DNA of 32,000 nt from Gynuella sp. (GTDB lineage Bacteria > Pseudomonadota > Gammaproteobacteria > Pseudomonadales > Natronospirillaceae), in assembly GCF_050296195.1 (NCBI RefSeq), contig NZ_JBNKRB010000042.1; one strand, given 5' to 3'. The notes under the pieces are model-generated. The model ran no database searches and was not told the DNA's origin. It was given only the letters and a program-made list of their open reading frames with translations. The translations under genes and the position numbers were made by a program. Shown here piece by piece: positions 18,490 to 28,673 of this stretch (position 1 is its first letter; the number at the start of each line of letters is the position of its first letter).

Positions 18490-19684
18490 GAGCCGCCCTC
18501 CTCTTGACGTTTGCTTGAACAACAAAGTGGTCGATGATTGGAGCAAACAAATTAGCAAACAGAATAGCCAGCATCATGCCTTCCGGAAACGCCGGATTAG
18601 CAACCCGAATGGTTACTACCATAAAACCAATCAGTGCACCAAAGATCCATTTACCCTTATTCGTCATAGAGGCAGAAACCGGATCTGTCGCCATGAAAAT
18701 CATACCAAAGGCATAACCACCCAGCACCAGATGCCACTGCGGAGGCAAACTAAACATGGGATTAGTATCTGAGCTAATTGCATTAAATAATAATGCCGTT
18801 GCCACCATTCCGATCATTACACCAGAGACAATGCGCCATGAAGCAACACCGGTAATCATCAGAAATGCACCGGATATCAGAATAGCGAGCGTAGATGTCT
18901 CACCAACCGAACCGGCCATATTTCCAAGAAATGCCTGTATCCAAGTCAATCCGTTCAAAGTTCCCTGAGCATCCAAGCCCTGTGAAGCTGCCACACTGAG
19001 TGCAGTCGCACCGGAAAAGCCGTCCACTGCAACCCAGACGGAATCACCAGACATAAACATGGGATATGCGAAAAACAGAAAGGCTCGTCCTGAAAGTGCG
19101 GGGTTCAGGAAGTTTTTACCGGTTCCCCCAAACACTTCCTTGCCAAATACAACACCAAAAGAAATACCAAGGGCGGCAGCCCAAAGTGGAATGCTTGGTG
19201 GGCAAGCAAGGGCAAACAGAATGGATGTTACAAAAAAGCCTTCATTGATTTCGTGGCCACGTACACCTGCGAAAATCGCTTCCCAAATACCACCGACCAT
19301 AAAGATAGTGATATAGATAGGCATGTAATACCAGAAACCGTACCAAAAGTTATCCCAACCACTGGTCGGATCGTTCCCGGCAAACAGCCCGATCAATGCT
19401 TCACGCCACCCATCACCAACGGGCAAACCAGCAGCAATGGCACTATTGGCCTGATAACCGAGGTTAAACATTCCTACCACCATGGGTAACAATGCCGCCA
19501 TCCACACCAGGATCATAATACGCTTCATGTCATTATGATCGCGCACATGAGACGAAGAGTGAGTAACGATACTTGGTTTATAAGTCGCTGTATCGATCAT
19601 TTCATAGATCACAAACAACTTCTCGAATTTTCCGCCTTTCGTAAAATGCGGTTCGAGATCATCCAGAATTTTTCTCAATCCCAC
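18482..19684 (-). CDS. nqrB: Na+-NQR subunit B
   Basis: 400 aa, [23 protein letters not shown], with multiple TM helices and the FMN-attachment context GFSGATAL. Confidence 0.97.
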   Translation of the reverse strand: MGLRKILDDLEPHFTKGGKFEKLFVIYEMIDTATYKPSIVTHSSSHVRDHNDMKRIMILVWMAALLPMVVGMFNLGYQANSAIAAGLPVGDGWREALIGLFAGNDPTSGWDNFWYGFWYYMPIYITIFMVGGIWEAIFAGVRGHEINEGFFVTSILFALACPPSIPLWAAALGISFGVVFGKEVFGGTGKNFLNPALSGRAFLFFAYPMFMSGDSVWVAVDGFSGATALSVAASQGLDAQGTLNGLTWIQAFLGNMAGSVGETSTLAILISGAFLMITGVASWRIVSGVMIGMVATALLFNAISSDTNPMFSLPPQWHLVLGGYAFGMIFMATDPVSASMTNKGKWIFGALIGFMVVTIRVANPAFPEGMMLAILFANLFAPIIDHFVVQANVKRRAARV

Positions 19685-19686
19685 AA

Positions 19687-21024
19687 TTAACCCTCCAACT
19701 CAATACGCGTCAGACTGGAACGCAAAATAGCGCCATACTCATACTTACCGGTACACACAAAGGTACATAGAGACAGGTCTTCTTCATCCAGCTCCAGGGC
19801 TCCCAGTTTTTCTGCAGTATCGATATCGCCGACAATAAGACTTCTTAGCAACTGCGCCGGCAATATATCCAGAGGCATGACCTTCTCAAAATTACCCAAC
19901 GGCAGGAAGCATCTCTCTGAACCATTCGCAGAAGTATCGAAATCGAATTTTTTCGAAGGAGACAGACTGGAAATAAACGTGTTCAGGACAGAAAAGTAGT
20001 TAAAGCCAGGGCGCACATAATGCAGCATGTCGCGGTCACGACCTTCTTTCAATATGGACACCTGACTGTGATAACGCCCAAGATATGCAAATGCATCCGC
20101 AGTTGCATTACGGCCACCAAAGACAGAACCGGAAATCAAACGATTTTCTCCCGGCTTGGCCTCATCTGCAGTCAATTGCTGCAGGCTGGCACCGACGCGA
20201 GTTCGGACAAGTCCAGGATCACTGGCTTGAGGACCTGCGATTGCAACCACACGCTCAACATAGAGTTGCCCGGTGGTGAACAACTTTCCGATAGCAATAA
20301 CATCCTGATAACCAATCGTCCAAACCGTCTTATGACGACTAACAGGGTCGACAAAGTGAATATGAGTACCCACATTACCGGCCGGGTGCTTACCGCCAAA
20401 TTCTTGAACCTGAGCGCTACCAGATGGAATGTCAGCACCGGGGGCTTTGCACAGGAACACCTTGCCTTCGGTCAGGCGCGCCAGAACAGCCAAACCGTCA
20501 ACGAATGCATCCTTTTGCTCAGCAATGATTACTGCCGGATCTGCAGCCAGGGGGTTAGTGTCAATGGCGGTTACAAAAATTGAGTTAGGAGCTGAGTCAA
20601 TCTTCGGTACTTTGCTAAATGGTCGGGTCCGCAAAGCCGTCCAAAGGCCCGAATTTACCAAATTGCTTACTACCTTATCGCGAGATAATGCAGCTAACTG
20701 ACTGGATTCATAACTCTCAAAACTCTCCGATTCATCTCCTTCCAGATCTATGACGAGGGACTGGAATACCCTACGGGCACCCCGGTTGATCTGCTTAACC
20801 ACACCGGCACCCGGTGCAGTGTAGACAACCCCATCATTTTTTTTATCTGAGAAAAGGATTTGACCGAGTTTGACCTTGTCGCCCTCTTTGACTTTCATAG
20901 TGGGTTTTAGACCATGGTAGTCAAAGCCAACGACCGCCACCGAAGAAACTGATTTGCCGTCACGAATTGACTGCTTCGGCTTACCAGTAATCGGCAGGTC
21001 GAGACCTTTCTTGATTTCGATCAT
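19687..21024 (-). CDS. nqrA: Na+-NQR subunit A
   Basis: 445 aa, [18 protein letters not shown], the canonical NqrA N terminus. It is the first gene of the operon. Confidence 0.97.
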   Translation of the reverse strand: MIEIKKGLDLPITGKPKQSIRDGKSVSSVAVVGFDYHGLKPTMKVKEGDKVKLGQILFSDKKNDGVVYTAPGAGVVKQINRGARRVFQSLVIDLEGDESESFESYESSQLAALSRDKVVSNLVNSGLWTALRTRPFSKVPKIDSAPNSIFVTAIDTNPLAADPAVIIAEQKDAFVDGLAVLARLTEGKVFLCKAPGADIPSGSAQVQEFGGKHPAGNVGTHIHFVDPVSRHKTVWTIGYQDVIAIGKLFTTGQLYVERVVAIAGPQASDPGLVRTRVGASLQQLTADEAKPGENRLISGSVFGGRNATADAFAYLGRYHSQVSILKEGRDRDMLHYVRPGFNYFSVLNTFISSLSPSKKFDFDTSANGSERCFLPLGNFEKVMPLDILPAQLLRSLIVGDIDTAEKLGALELDEEDLSLCTFVCTGKYEYGAILRSSLTRIELEG

Positions 21025-21356
21025 ATGCCTAGTCCAATTATTTTAGATGAGTAGATTTTGGTAGGGCCAACGAAAAACATATGTCTGACATGACCCTTTC
21101 AGAAATAAGTTGAGTTTCAGGCATCCTGTGGTTTTTCTTTCAAAAACCGGATACCTCCCCAAATTCGCGCGCATTAGTATAAGGATAGGATTCATGACTT
21201 GCTACTAATGCATTGAATTTAGTGTGCTTTTCGATCAACCCCACAAATGAGAATAACTATTAATAACATTAAAAACCATCACCCAACCCTGGATACCTGC
21301 CGCCCGAGTGGTAAACTACGCGCCCTTCAATAACGCTGATTGTGTAAATTAAGTCA

Positions 21357-24300
21357 ATGAATCTAACTAAGTTCGTCCCCACCAAAGCCGGTGATCATAA
21401 GCTTCTGGGCACTCTAGCAGGTGGAGGCATGGGGTTTGCTGTTGCTCAACTCTGTCAACAACCCAAGCAATTGACGGTTGTGATTACTCAGTCATCTGTC
21501 TCAGCCAGCACAATCATTGCTGAAACACGCTTTTATTCCGGTGACCAGATCGAGATACTAAATCTGCCGGATTGGGAAACGCTTCCTTACGATAATTTTT
21601 CTCCTCATCAGGATATTATCAGTCAGCGATTAAAAACTCTGACAGCACTAGCTTCTTTACAACAGGGATTGTTGGTTGTCCCTATAGCCACGATCATGCA
21701 CCGTCTGGCACCAGCGCTTTATTTGCAGAGCCACAGTATCCAACTCCATACCGGCGCTGAGTTTAATATCGATTCATTCCGAAAGAGACTCGACAACGCC
21801 GGATACCGAAACGTAGCGACGGTTTTTGAACACGGAGAATACTCAATCCGAGGCTCCATCATGGATGTATTTCCGATGGGCACGGACCTACCGATCCGTA
21901 TCGATCTATTTGACCAGGAAATCGATACACTCCGAACGTTCGACCCGGATACACAGCGAAGTATAGAGCAAATCGAAAAAGTTGAACTGCTGCCGGCAAA
22001 AGAGTTTCCTCTTACTGAAGAAGCCATTGCTCAGTTCCGACAAAACTTCAGAGCGACCTTTGACGTACCATTAAAAAACTGCCCCATCTATCAAGACATA
22101 TCCGATGGCCTTATACCCGCAGGTATTGAATACTACCTCCCACTGTTTTACGACCAATTAAGCAGTGTATTTGATTACCTGCCCGAAGATACACTGATCA
22201 TTACGGAATCAGGCCTTGAAAGCAGCATGGATCATTTCTGGCAGGAAATAAGTAATCGCTATGAAAACCGTCGCCACGATATAAGCCGGCCAATTCTGCC
22301 GCCACAAGAAATTTTTATTGCCAAAGAAGAACTCTTCCGACGCCTGAAGTCATTCCCACGCATTTCACTGACAGAACATCCCCTGGAAGAAAAACCAGGG
22401 CGTCTGAATTTATCTTTGGCAGTTCCTTCAGAATATCCAATCGATTCCCGAGCACAAAACCCCTTAAATGCGCTAGAAGCATTTTTAATGGAAACCTCTC
22501 ACCGCGTATTGTTTTGTGCAGAGAGTCATGGTCGTAAAGAAAGCCTGCTGGATTTACTTAAAACCATTCGACTGAATCCGACAGAGCTCGACAGCTGGAG
22601 CAGTTTTATATCCACGGGCAACCGGCAGGCAATCGTTGTTGCGCCACTGGAGCGGGGTCTGGTCCTTCCAGATGCAGGCATCACTGTCATTACGGAGTCG
22701 CAGCTATTTGGCCAGAGCATGGTCACTCAGCGACGACGTCGCAAGCAATCTCAGGAAGCTGCCGAAAATGTCGTCAAAAACCTGACAGAACTGAAAATCG
22801 ACGCACCAGTTGTGCATATTGACCATGGTATTGGTCGCTATCGAGGCTTGGAAACCATTGAAGTTGATGGCCAAAAAGACGAGTTTCTAACGCTTGAGTA
22901 TGCCGACAAAGCCAAACTGTATGTGCCAGTAACCAATCTGCATTTAATCTCCCGGTACTCTGGCACAGACATGGAGTACGCTCCACTCAGCAAACTGGGC
23001 ACTGATCGCTGGAGTCAGGCCAAGCGTAAAGCAGCAGAAAAAATCCGCGACACTGCCGCCGAGTTGCTGGAAATATATGCTCAACGCGAAGCCAAAAAAG
23101 GTCATGCTTTCAACTTTGAAGATGCTGATTATCGGCGCTTTGCAGCGGATTTCCCATTTGAGGAAACCCCCGACCAGCAAACAGCAATTGAGGCTGTACT
23201 AAATGACATGCGACAGGATCGCCCCATGGACCGGCTCATTTGCGGCGATGTTGGTTTTGGTAAGACAGAAGTTGCCATGCGCGCTGCCTTTGTTGCCGCC
23301 ATGTCAGGCAAACAAGTGGCTGTGCTGGTTCCAACGACGCTATTGGCTCAGCAACACTACGACAACATCCGTGATCGCTTGGCAGACTGGCCCATAAAAA
23401 TTGAGAGCCTTTCCCGATTCAAAACAGGAAAAGAGAGCACCAAAATTATCGAAGGGCTTGAAAAAGGGTCTATAGATATTGTGGTCGGCACCCACAAACT
23501 ACTAGGCTCTCAGATCAAGTTCGAGCGCCTCGGGCTATTGATTGTGGACGAAGAGCATCGCTTTGGAGTTCAACAGAAAGAGAAAGTAAAAGCCCTAAGA
23601 GCAAATGTCGATATTCTCACAATGACAGCCACGCCTATTCCAAGAACTCTTAATATGTCGATGGCGAGCATTCGAGACTTATCGATTATCGCCACACCAC
23701 CGGCACGTCGTTTGTCAGTAAAGACGTTCGTAAGGCAAACTGACGACGCACTTAAAAAAGAGGCCATCCTGAGGGAGATTTTGCGCGGCGGCCAGGTTTA
23801 TTACCTGCATAACGAAGTCAAAGATATCGAGAAGTGCGCTGCGGACATTCAAAGCCTGGTGCCCGAAGCCAGAGTCGCGATAGGCCATGGGCAAATGAGT
23901 GAGCGTCAACTTGAAAGAGTGATGTCAGATTTTTATCACAAGCGCTTTAATGTACTTGTTTGTACCACAATTATCGAAACAGGTATCGACATTCCATCAG
24001 CAAACACCATTATCATTGATCGTGCGGATAAGTTTGGTTTAGCTCAACTGCACCAACTTCGTGGACGAGTTGGTCGATCCCATCACCAGGCCTACGCATA
24101 TTTGTTAACCCCTCCCCCAAAAACCATGACCAAGGATGCCCTAAAACGGCTGGATGCTATTTCGGAAGCCGATGACCTGGGTGCCGGTTTCACATTGGCA
24201 ACCCATGATCTGGAGATACGTGGCGCGGGAGAACTTCTTGGTGAAGAACAAAGCGGACATATGGAAACCATCGGTTATAGCCTGTACATGGAAATGCTGG

Positions 24301-24812
24301 ATCGGGCAGTTAAAGCCATACGTAGCGGCAAAACACCGGACCTTGAGAACCCTCTGGATCATGGCGCAGAAATAACCCTGCACATCCCCGCAATTATCCC
24401 GGATGACTATATTCCAGACGTCAATACTCGCCTGACACTTTACAAGCGCGTCGCCAGCACAACCGATGAACAAACTGTTCGTGAGCTACAGGTAGAAATG
24501 ATTGATCGCTTTGGTCTGTTGCCTACCCCTGTCAAGAACCTGTTCAGACAGACTTTATTGCGACTGAAAGTTGAACAACTTGGCATCAGCAAAATTGATG
24601 CTGGAGTAGCCGGAGGAACGATACATTTCTCAGCAGATACTACTATAGAGCCATATGCAATTGTCAGAATGGTCCAGGCAATGCCCCACAAATTCAAACT
24701 GACCAGAGCCGATCAGCTAAAGTTCGTGATAGAGTCTTCGACAGCCGAAGAACGTTTTGGCACTATTGAAGACATTCTTAAAATGCTAACCAGAGATCCC
24801 AATAAATTATGA
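21357..24812 (+). CDS. mfd: Transcription-repair coupling factor
   Basis: 1151 aa with a UvrB-homology N-terminal region, the RNAP-interaction domain (VVHIDHGIGRY), superfamily-2 translocase motifs (GDVGFGKTEVAMRAAF, DEEHRFGV, QLHQLRGRVGRS) and a TRG motif region. It is colinear with E. coli Mfd. Confidence 0.98.
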   Translation: MNLTKFVPTKAGDHKLLGTLAGGGMGFAVAQLCQQPKQLTVVITQSSVSASTIIAETRFYSGDQIEILNLPDWETLPYDNFSPHQDIISQRLKTLTALASLQQGLLVVPIATIMHRLAPALYLQSHSIQLHTGAEFNIDSFRKRLDNAGYRNVATVFEHGEYSIRGSIMDVFPMGTDLPIRIDLFDQEIDTLRTFDPDTQRSIEQIEKVELLPAKEFPLTEEAIAQFRQNFRATFDVPLKNCPIYQDISDGLIPAGIEYYLPLFYDQLSSVFDYLPEDTLIITESGLESSMDHFWQEISNRYENRRHDISRPILPPQEIFIAKEELFRRLKSFPRISLTEHPLEEKPGRLNLSLAVPSEYPIDSRAQNPLNALEAFLMETSHRVLFCAESHGRKESLLDLLKTIRLNPTELDSWSSFISTGNRQAIVVAPLERGLVLPDAGITVITESQLFGQSMVTQRRRRKQSQEAAENVVKNLTELKIDAPVVHIDHGIGRYRGLETIEVDGQKDEFLTLEYADKAKLYVPVTNLHLISRYSGTDMEYAPLSKLGTDRWSQAKRKAAEKIRDTAAELLEIYAQREAKKGHAFNFEDADYRRFAADFPFEETPDQQTAIEAVLNDMRQDRPMDRLICGDVGFGKTEVAMRAAFVAAMSGKQVAVLVPTTLLAQQHYDNIRDRLADWPIKIESLSRFKTGKESTKIIEGLEKGSIDIVVGTHKLLGSQIKFERLGLLIVDEEHRFGVQQKEKVKALRANVDILTMTATPIPRTLNMSMASIRDLSIIATPPARRLSVKTFVRQTDDALKKEAILREILRGGQVYYLHNEVKDIEKCAADIQSLVPEARVAIGHGQMSERQLERVMSDFYHKRFNVLVCTTIIETGIDIPSANTIIIDRADKFGLAQLHQLRGRVGRSHHQAYAYLLTPPPKTMTKDALKRLDAISEADDLGAGFTLATHDLEIRGAGELLGEEQSGHMETIGYSLYMEMLDRAVKAIRSGKTPDLENPLDHGAEITLHIPAIIPDDYIPDVNTRLTLYKRVASTTDEQTVRELQVEMIDRFGLLPTPVKNLFRQTLLRLKVEQLGISKIDAGVAGGTIHFSADTTIEPYAIVRMVQAMPHKFKLTRADQLKFVIESSTAEERFGTIEDILKMLTRDPNKL

Positions 24813-25606
24813 AGCGATTGATTTTCAGCACAGGATTATGCCTGCTGAGCCTTCATTCACTCGCCACCGAGCCCCGCTGGTACGAGGTAAACCTACTAAT
24901 ATTCAGTAACAATATAACCAGCGAACAGAATCCTGAAACCTGGCCAACCTATCCATTGCTGGATATTCCCGAAAATGCCATACGGATTGTCGACCCGGCA
25001 GGTGACAACAATGACCAGGAACCATCCACAGATGATGAATTCCCAGCTCCATTTGAAACACTGCCCGAAAACCTTCAGTACCTGAAAAGTCAGGCAAACA
25101 GACTTGCAGCCAGCAAAAACTATACAGTGCTATACCATAACAGCTGGTTTCACCCAATTTTACCTGAGAAAGAAGCCTCTCCGGTCGAAATCGTCGGAGG
25201 TCATCAATATGGTAGTATTAACGAACTGCACGGGCTGATTAAGATCCATATCAGCCGCTACTTACATGTGGAGACAAACCTGTATTTAACAGATGTTGCA
25301 CTTAGCAACTCTCCTTTCGACCTGCTTACTGGAGCCGACAATAATTCCAGCCTTCCAGCAGCTTCACTGCAGGGTCAACTGGAACCCTATGGGGGCCTGG
25401 GATTATTTTCTTCTCCAGAGAATAAAGTTTCACCTGTAAACGGCCAAAAGAATCAATATTATGTTGCCACCAGTAGCGCCCATATGAACATGAAGCGGCG
25501 AATGCGCTCCAAAGAACTATATTATTTTGATAACCCCAAGTTTGGAATGTTGATTTATTTTGTCCCTTTGGAAGATATACCACAGGCCACAACAACCACC
25601 CCATGA
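24809..25606 (+). CDS. CsiV-like/DUF2803-like secreted protein
   Basis: Contains a Sec signal (MKRLIFSTGLCLLSLHSLA-TE) followed by PRWYEVNLLIFSN, which I associate with CsiV-family proteins that commonly follow mfd in Vibrio and Pseudomonas. The start overlaps the mfd stop (ATGA). The family assignment is from memory. Confidence 0.5.
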   Translation: MKRLIFSTGLCLLSLHSLATEPRWYEVNLLIFSNNITSEQNPETWPTYPLLDIPENAIRIVDPAGDNNDQEPSTDDEFPAPFETLPENLQYLKSQANRLAASKNYTVLYHNSWFHPILPEKEASPVEIVGGHQYGSINELHGLIKIHISRYLHVETNLYLTDVALSNSPFDLLTGADNNSSLPAASLQGQLEPYGGLGLFSSPENKVSPVNGQKNQYYVATSSAHMNMKRRMRSKELYYFDNPKFGMLIYFVPLEDIPQATTTTP

Positions 25607-25613
25607 TTTTTTC

Positions 25614-25640
25614 GAGGCAGAGCTGAACACACTCTGCCTC
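25614..25640. terminator. Perfect 9-bp hairpin between convergent genes
   Basis: GAGGCAGAG-ctgaacaca-CTCTGCCTC. The T6 run lies on the 5' side on the plus strand, so neither orientation has a canonical 3' U-tract. It is likely a transcript-end or stabiliser hairpin. Confidence 0.5.
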
Positions 25641-25648
25641 AACTCACC

Positions 25649-26470
<822 letters not shown>

Positions 26471-26767
26471 TTAAAACCCTTGCCAATACAGATAGCACAC
26501 TCCGGCAGTTGAGCCGACCAACATTTTTACACCTGACAGGTAATATTAAAGCGCTCCAGCTTTGAATTTATGGGATAGAAACGGCTAGAATAAATATTGG
26601 GCGGGACGTCTAGCGGGCTATTGATTTTTATTCATAAAGCAGTAAAGACAAGACAAAAATCATTGAAAAAGCGCAGCTTATAGATCACAAATGAGCATTT
26701 TGAGATAATTTTTTAATGCAGTACTCGTACCATATGTAGAAATTTAATAACCCGCTAGAGGACCACA

Positions 26768-27319
26768 ATGACACAGCTCAACCTAAGCCACTACTTCCTC
26801 TTAGCGATGCCAGACATGCAAGACCCCTACTTTGCCCGTTCTGTGGTTTACATCCTGGAGCACGATAGCAATGGCGCTTTTGGACTGATTGTCAATAAAC
26901 CGGTCGCTACCAAAATCTCAGAAGTTGTGGAACAACTGGACATTACTGTTCCGGAAGACTGGCAAGACCGCCCCGTGCTGTATGGAGGACCTGTCTCTAC
27001 CGAGCAAGGATTCGTCTTATTCGAGACTGAAGAAAATAATAGTCAAATATCAGGCTCCAACAAAGTGGCCATCACCACATCGATAGATACACTTAATACG
27101 ATCATGCACATTGATAATCAACAATTCTTACTTTGCATGGGCTATGCCGGGTGGGGCCCTGGACAATTGGAGCACGAATTACAAGAAAATGGATGGCTTA
27201 CCGTGGAAGCAGATCTACAGATTCTTTTTAAGACCCCCACCGACAATAAATATAACCAAGCACTAAAGAAACTTGGAATAGATCCAGCCATGATGTCAAA
27301 TACCGGTGGTAGGGTTTAA
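26768..27319 (+). CDS. yqgE: YqgE/AlgH family protein (UPF0301)
   Basis: HYFLLAMPDMQDPYFARSVVYILEHDSNGAFGLIVNKP and GYAGWGPGQLEHELQENGWLTVEADLQILF are colinear with E. coli YqgE. SD AGAGGA is upstream. Confidence 0.9.
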   Translation: MTQLNLSHYFLLAMPDMQDPYFARSVVYILEHDSNGAFGLIVNKPVATKISEVVEQLDITVPEDWQDRPVLYGGPVSTEQGFVLFETEENNSQISGSNKVAITTSIDTLNTIMHIDNQQFLLCMGYAGWGPGQLEHELQENGWLTVEADLQILFKTPTDNKYNQALKKLGIDPAMMSNTGGRV

Positions 27320-27505
27320 CCCCCCCCTTTCCTTAAAACCAGCCATTATGAGCCCTCATCTCATAACAGCTCACAAACGATTCCGGTATATTCTGCCACC
27401 CCATTGGAATATTTCTTAGACCCCTCAAGATAACGGTATAAATAAACTACCTGGCACTCACTAACCCATAGTTCAGTTCCAGAACAGCAACCTACTCGTC
27501 AAAAC

Positions 27506-27826
27506 TCAAACTTTGTCCTGAACCAACACGAAGGGTTTTATAACCACCGACCACAGCAGACTATCGGCCTGATACCACTCAAGAGCCTGCTCATCTGTTA
27601 CCACTCCAACCATGCCCTCTGACTGCCAGTGACGGACCTTATCTGCATCATCTCGTTTTAGAGCAACAGCCACTTCCAGCAAGTCTAAATCAGGACTGAC
27701 GTAAATAGTTTTACCGGACGCAAAAAATACCTGCAGCTCTCGCCATGAAATCTTCGCGGCCTCTCTATTCAACACTGCAATATCCAAGTCATGTGTAGTT
27801 GGTTCGTTTTCAGTCAATCTGACCAC
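27506..27826 (-). CDS. Small conserved hypothetical protein, DUF2288-like
   Basis: 106 aa. AKISWRELQVFFASGK...SPDLDLLEVAVAL...WSVVIKPFVLVQ resembles the DUF2288 family as I recall it. The start is GTG 27826 or TTG 27817, the latter with AGAGGTG 6 nt upstream. Confidence 0.5.
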   Translation of the reverse strand: MVRLTENEPTTHDLDIAVLNREAAKISWRELQVFFASGKTIYVSPDLDLLEVAVALKRDDADKVRHWQSEGMVGVVTDEQALEWYQADSLLWSVVIKPFVLVQDKV

Positions 27827-27896
27827 CTCTTTTCAAATAGCAAACCGAACGGCATTATGGTCACTCATTTACAAATCACAAGACGTTGTAGCTGAT

Positions 27897-28421
27897 ATGA
27901 AGACCTCTCAAGTTGTTATTGCAACACTTTCAAGCTCTACCCTATTGTTTCTCTGGTCAGCTCTGTTCTGGAACCTTGCATTTAGCCCAGAGCATTTTAT
28001 TTCTCCAATTATCGAATCCAAAAACCTTCAGACAATACTGGAGCCCTACCAGACTGGTCGTTACTGGTTAGAAAATGACACATTGAAAGCACTGCTGATC
28101 GTGAATCAGCAGGCGGGCATGATAAATCAACTCGAACGGCTTCTAATTGTTTTTACTGGTTACTTGGTTCTGTGCCTACTTACCTGTCTATTGCTCGTGA
28201 CAGCAAAAGTTCACACTCTCCACAGAGGACAACGGTTCATCGTAGTATTTGGATTAGGGATGATATTTTCCATCTTGCAAATGATGATACAACCGCTGTG
28301 GTATGATTTGCGAACCAGCGGCGCTTATATCACCATGCTGTACGAAATAATCAGCTGGTTGATATTGGCGACAAGCATGGCATTTCAACTAGGGACAAAG
28401 AAGAGAAATATATTCAGCTAG
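27897..28421 (+). CDS. Hypothetical integral membrane protein (about 4 TM helices), no family recognised
   Basis: 174 aa with hydrophobic segments at roughly aa 5-27, 81-103, 112-134 and 142-165 and a K/R-rich C terminus. Coding status rests on ORF length and clean hydrophobic periodicity only. Confidence 0.55.
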   Translation: MKTSQVVIATLSSSTLLFLWSALFWNLAFSPEHFISPIIESKNLQTILEPYQTGRYWLENDTLKALLIVNQQAGMINQLERLLIVFTGYLVLCLLTCLLLVTAKVHTLHRGQRFIVVFGLGMIFSILQMMIQPLWYDLRTSGAYITMLYEIISWLILATSMAFQLGTKKRNIFS

Positions 28422-28461
28422 GCAAGTAAATATTATGTAGAAGACCAATACACGAGGATAT

Positions 28462-28538
28462 TGGTAGGCTCAACTGGACTCGAACCAGCGACCCCCACCA
28501 TGTCAAGGTGGTGCTCTAACCAACTGAGCTATGAGCCT
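28462..28538 (-). tRNA. tRNA-Val (anticodon GAC)
   Basis: The reverse complement is AGGCTCATAGCTCAGTTGGTTAGAGCACCACCTTGACATGGTGGGGGTCGCTGGTTCGAGTCCAGTTGAGCCTACCA. It is 77 nt with an encoded CCA and is almost identical in its arms to E. coli tRNA-Val(GAC). The anticodon is at 28502..28504. Confidence 0.95.
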
Positions 28539-28551
28539 ACAGCGGGGACGA

Positions 28552-28579
28552 ATAATAATGACTTTTTATTCGGATGCAA
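28552..28579 (-). promoter_or_regulatory. Candidate sigma70 promoter for tRNA-Val
   Basis: On the minus strand: TTGCAT (28579..28574), a 16-bp spacer, TATTAT (28557..28552), then the GC-rich discriminator CGTCCCCGC just before the mature 5' end. This is typical of stringently controlled stable-RNA promoters. Confidence 0.45.
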
Positions 28580-28673
28580 GCTTTTTCTTAAAAAAGCTTT
28601 TGAATTCAGAAGCTTACATACCCACAGATATTATTAGGCCCACTCTTTGCGGGCCTATTTAAACATGCACAAA

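Noticed and set aside
26609-26759. A 9-bp inverted match, TCTAGCGGG (26609..26617) with CCCGCTAGA (26751..26759), plus the AT-rich 8-bp pair TGATTTTT/AAAAATCA (26622..26629 with 26655..26662)
   Set aside because: The arms of the first pair are about 135 nt apart, and one such match is near chance expectation for a region of this size. The second pair is low-complexity AT sequence.
27320-28461. Possible small genomic island integrated at the 3' end of tRNA-Val
   Set aside because: There is no integrase or recombinase. I could find no direct repeat of the tRNA 3' segment (e.g. GGACTCGAACC or TAGGCTCAAC) to the left, and I see no obvious compositional break.
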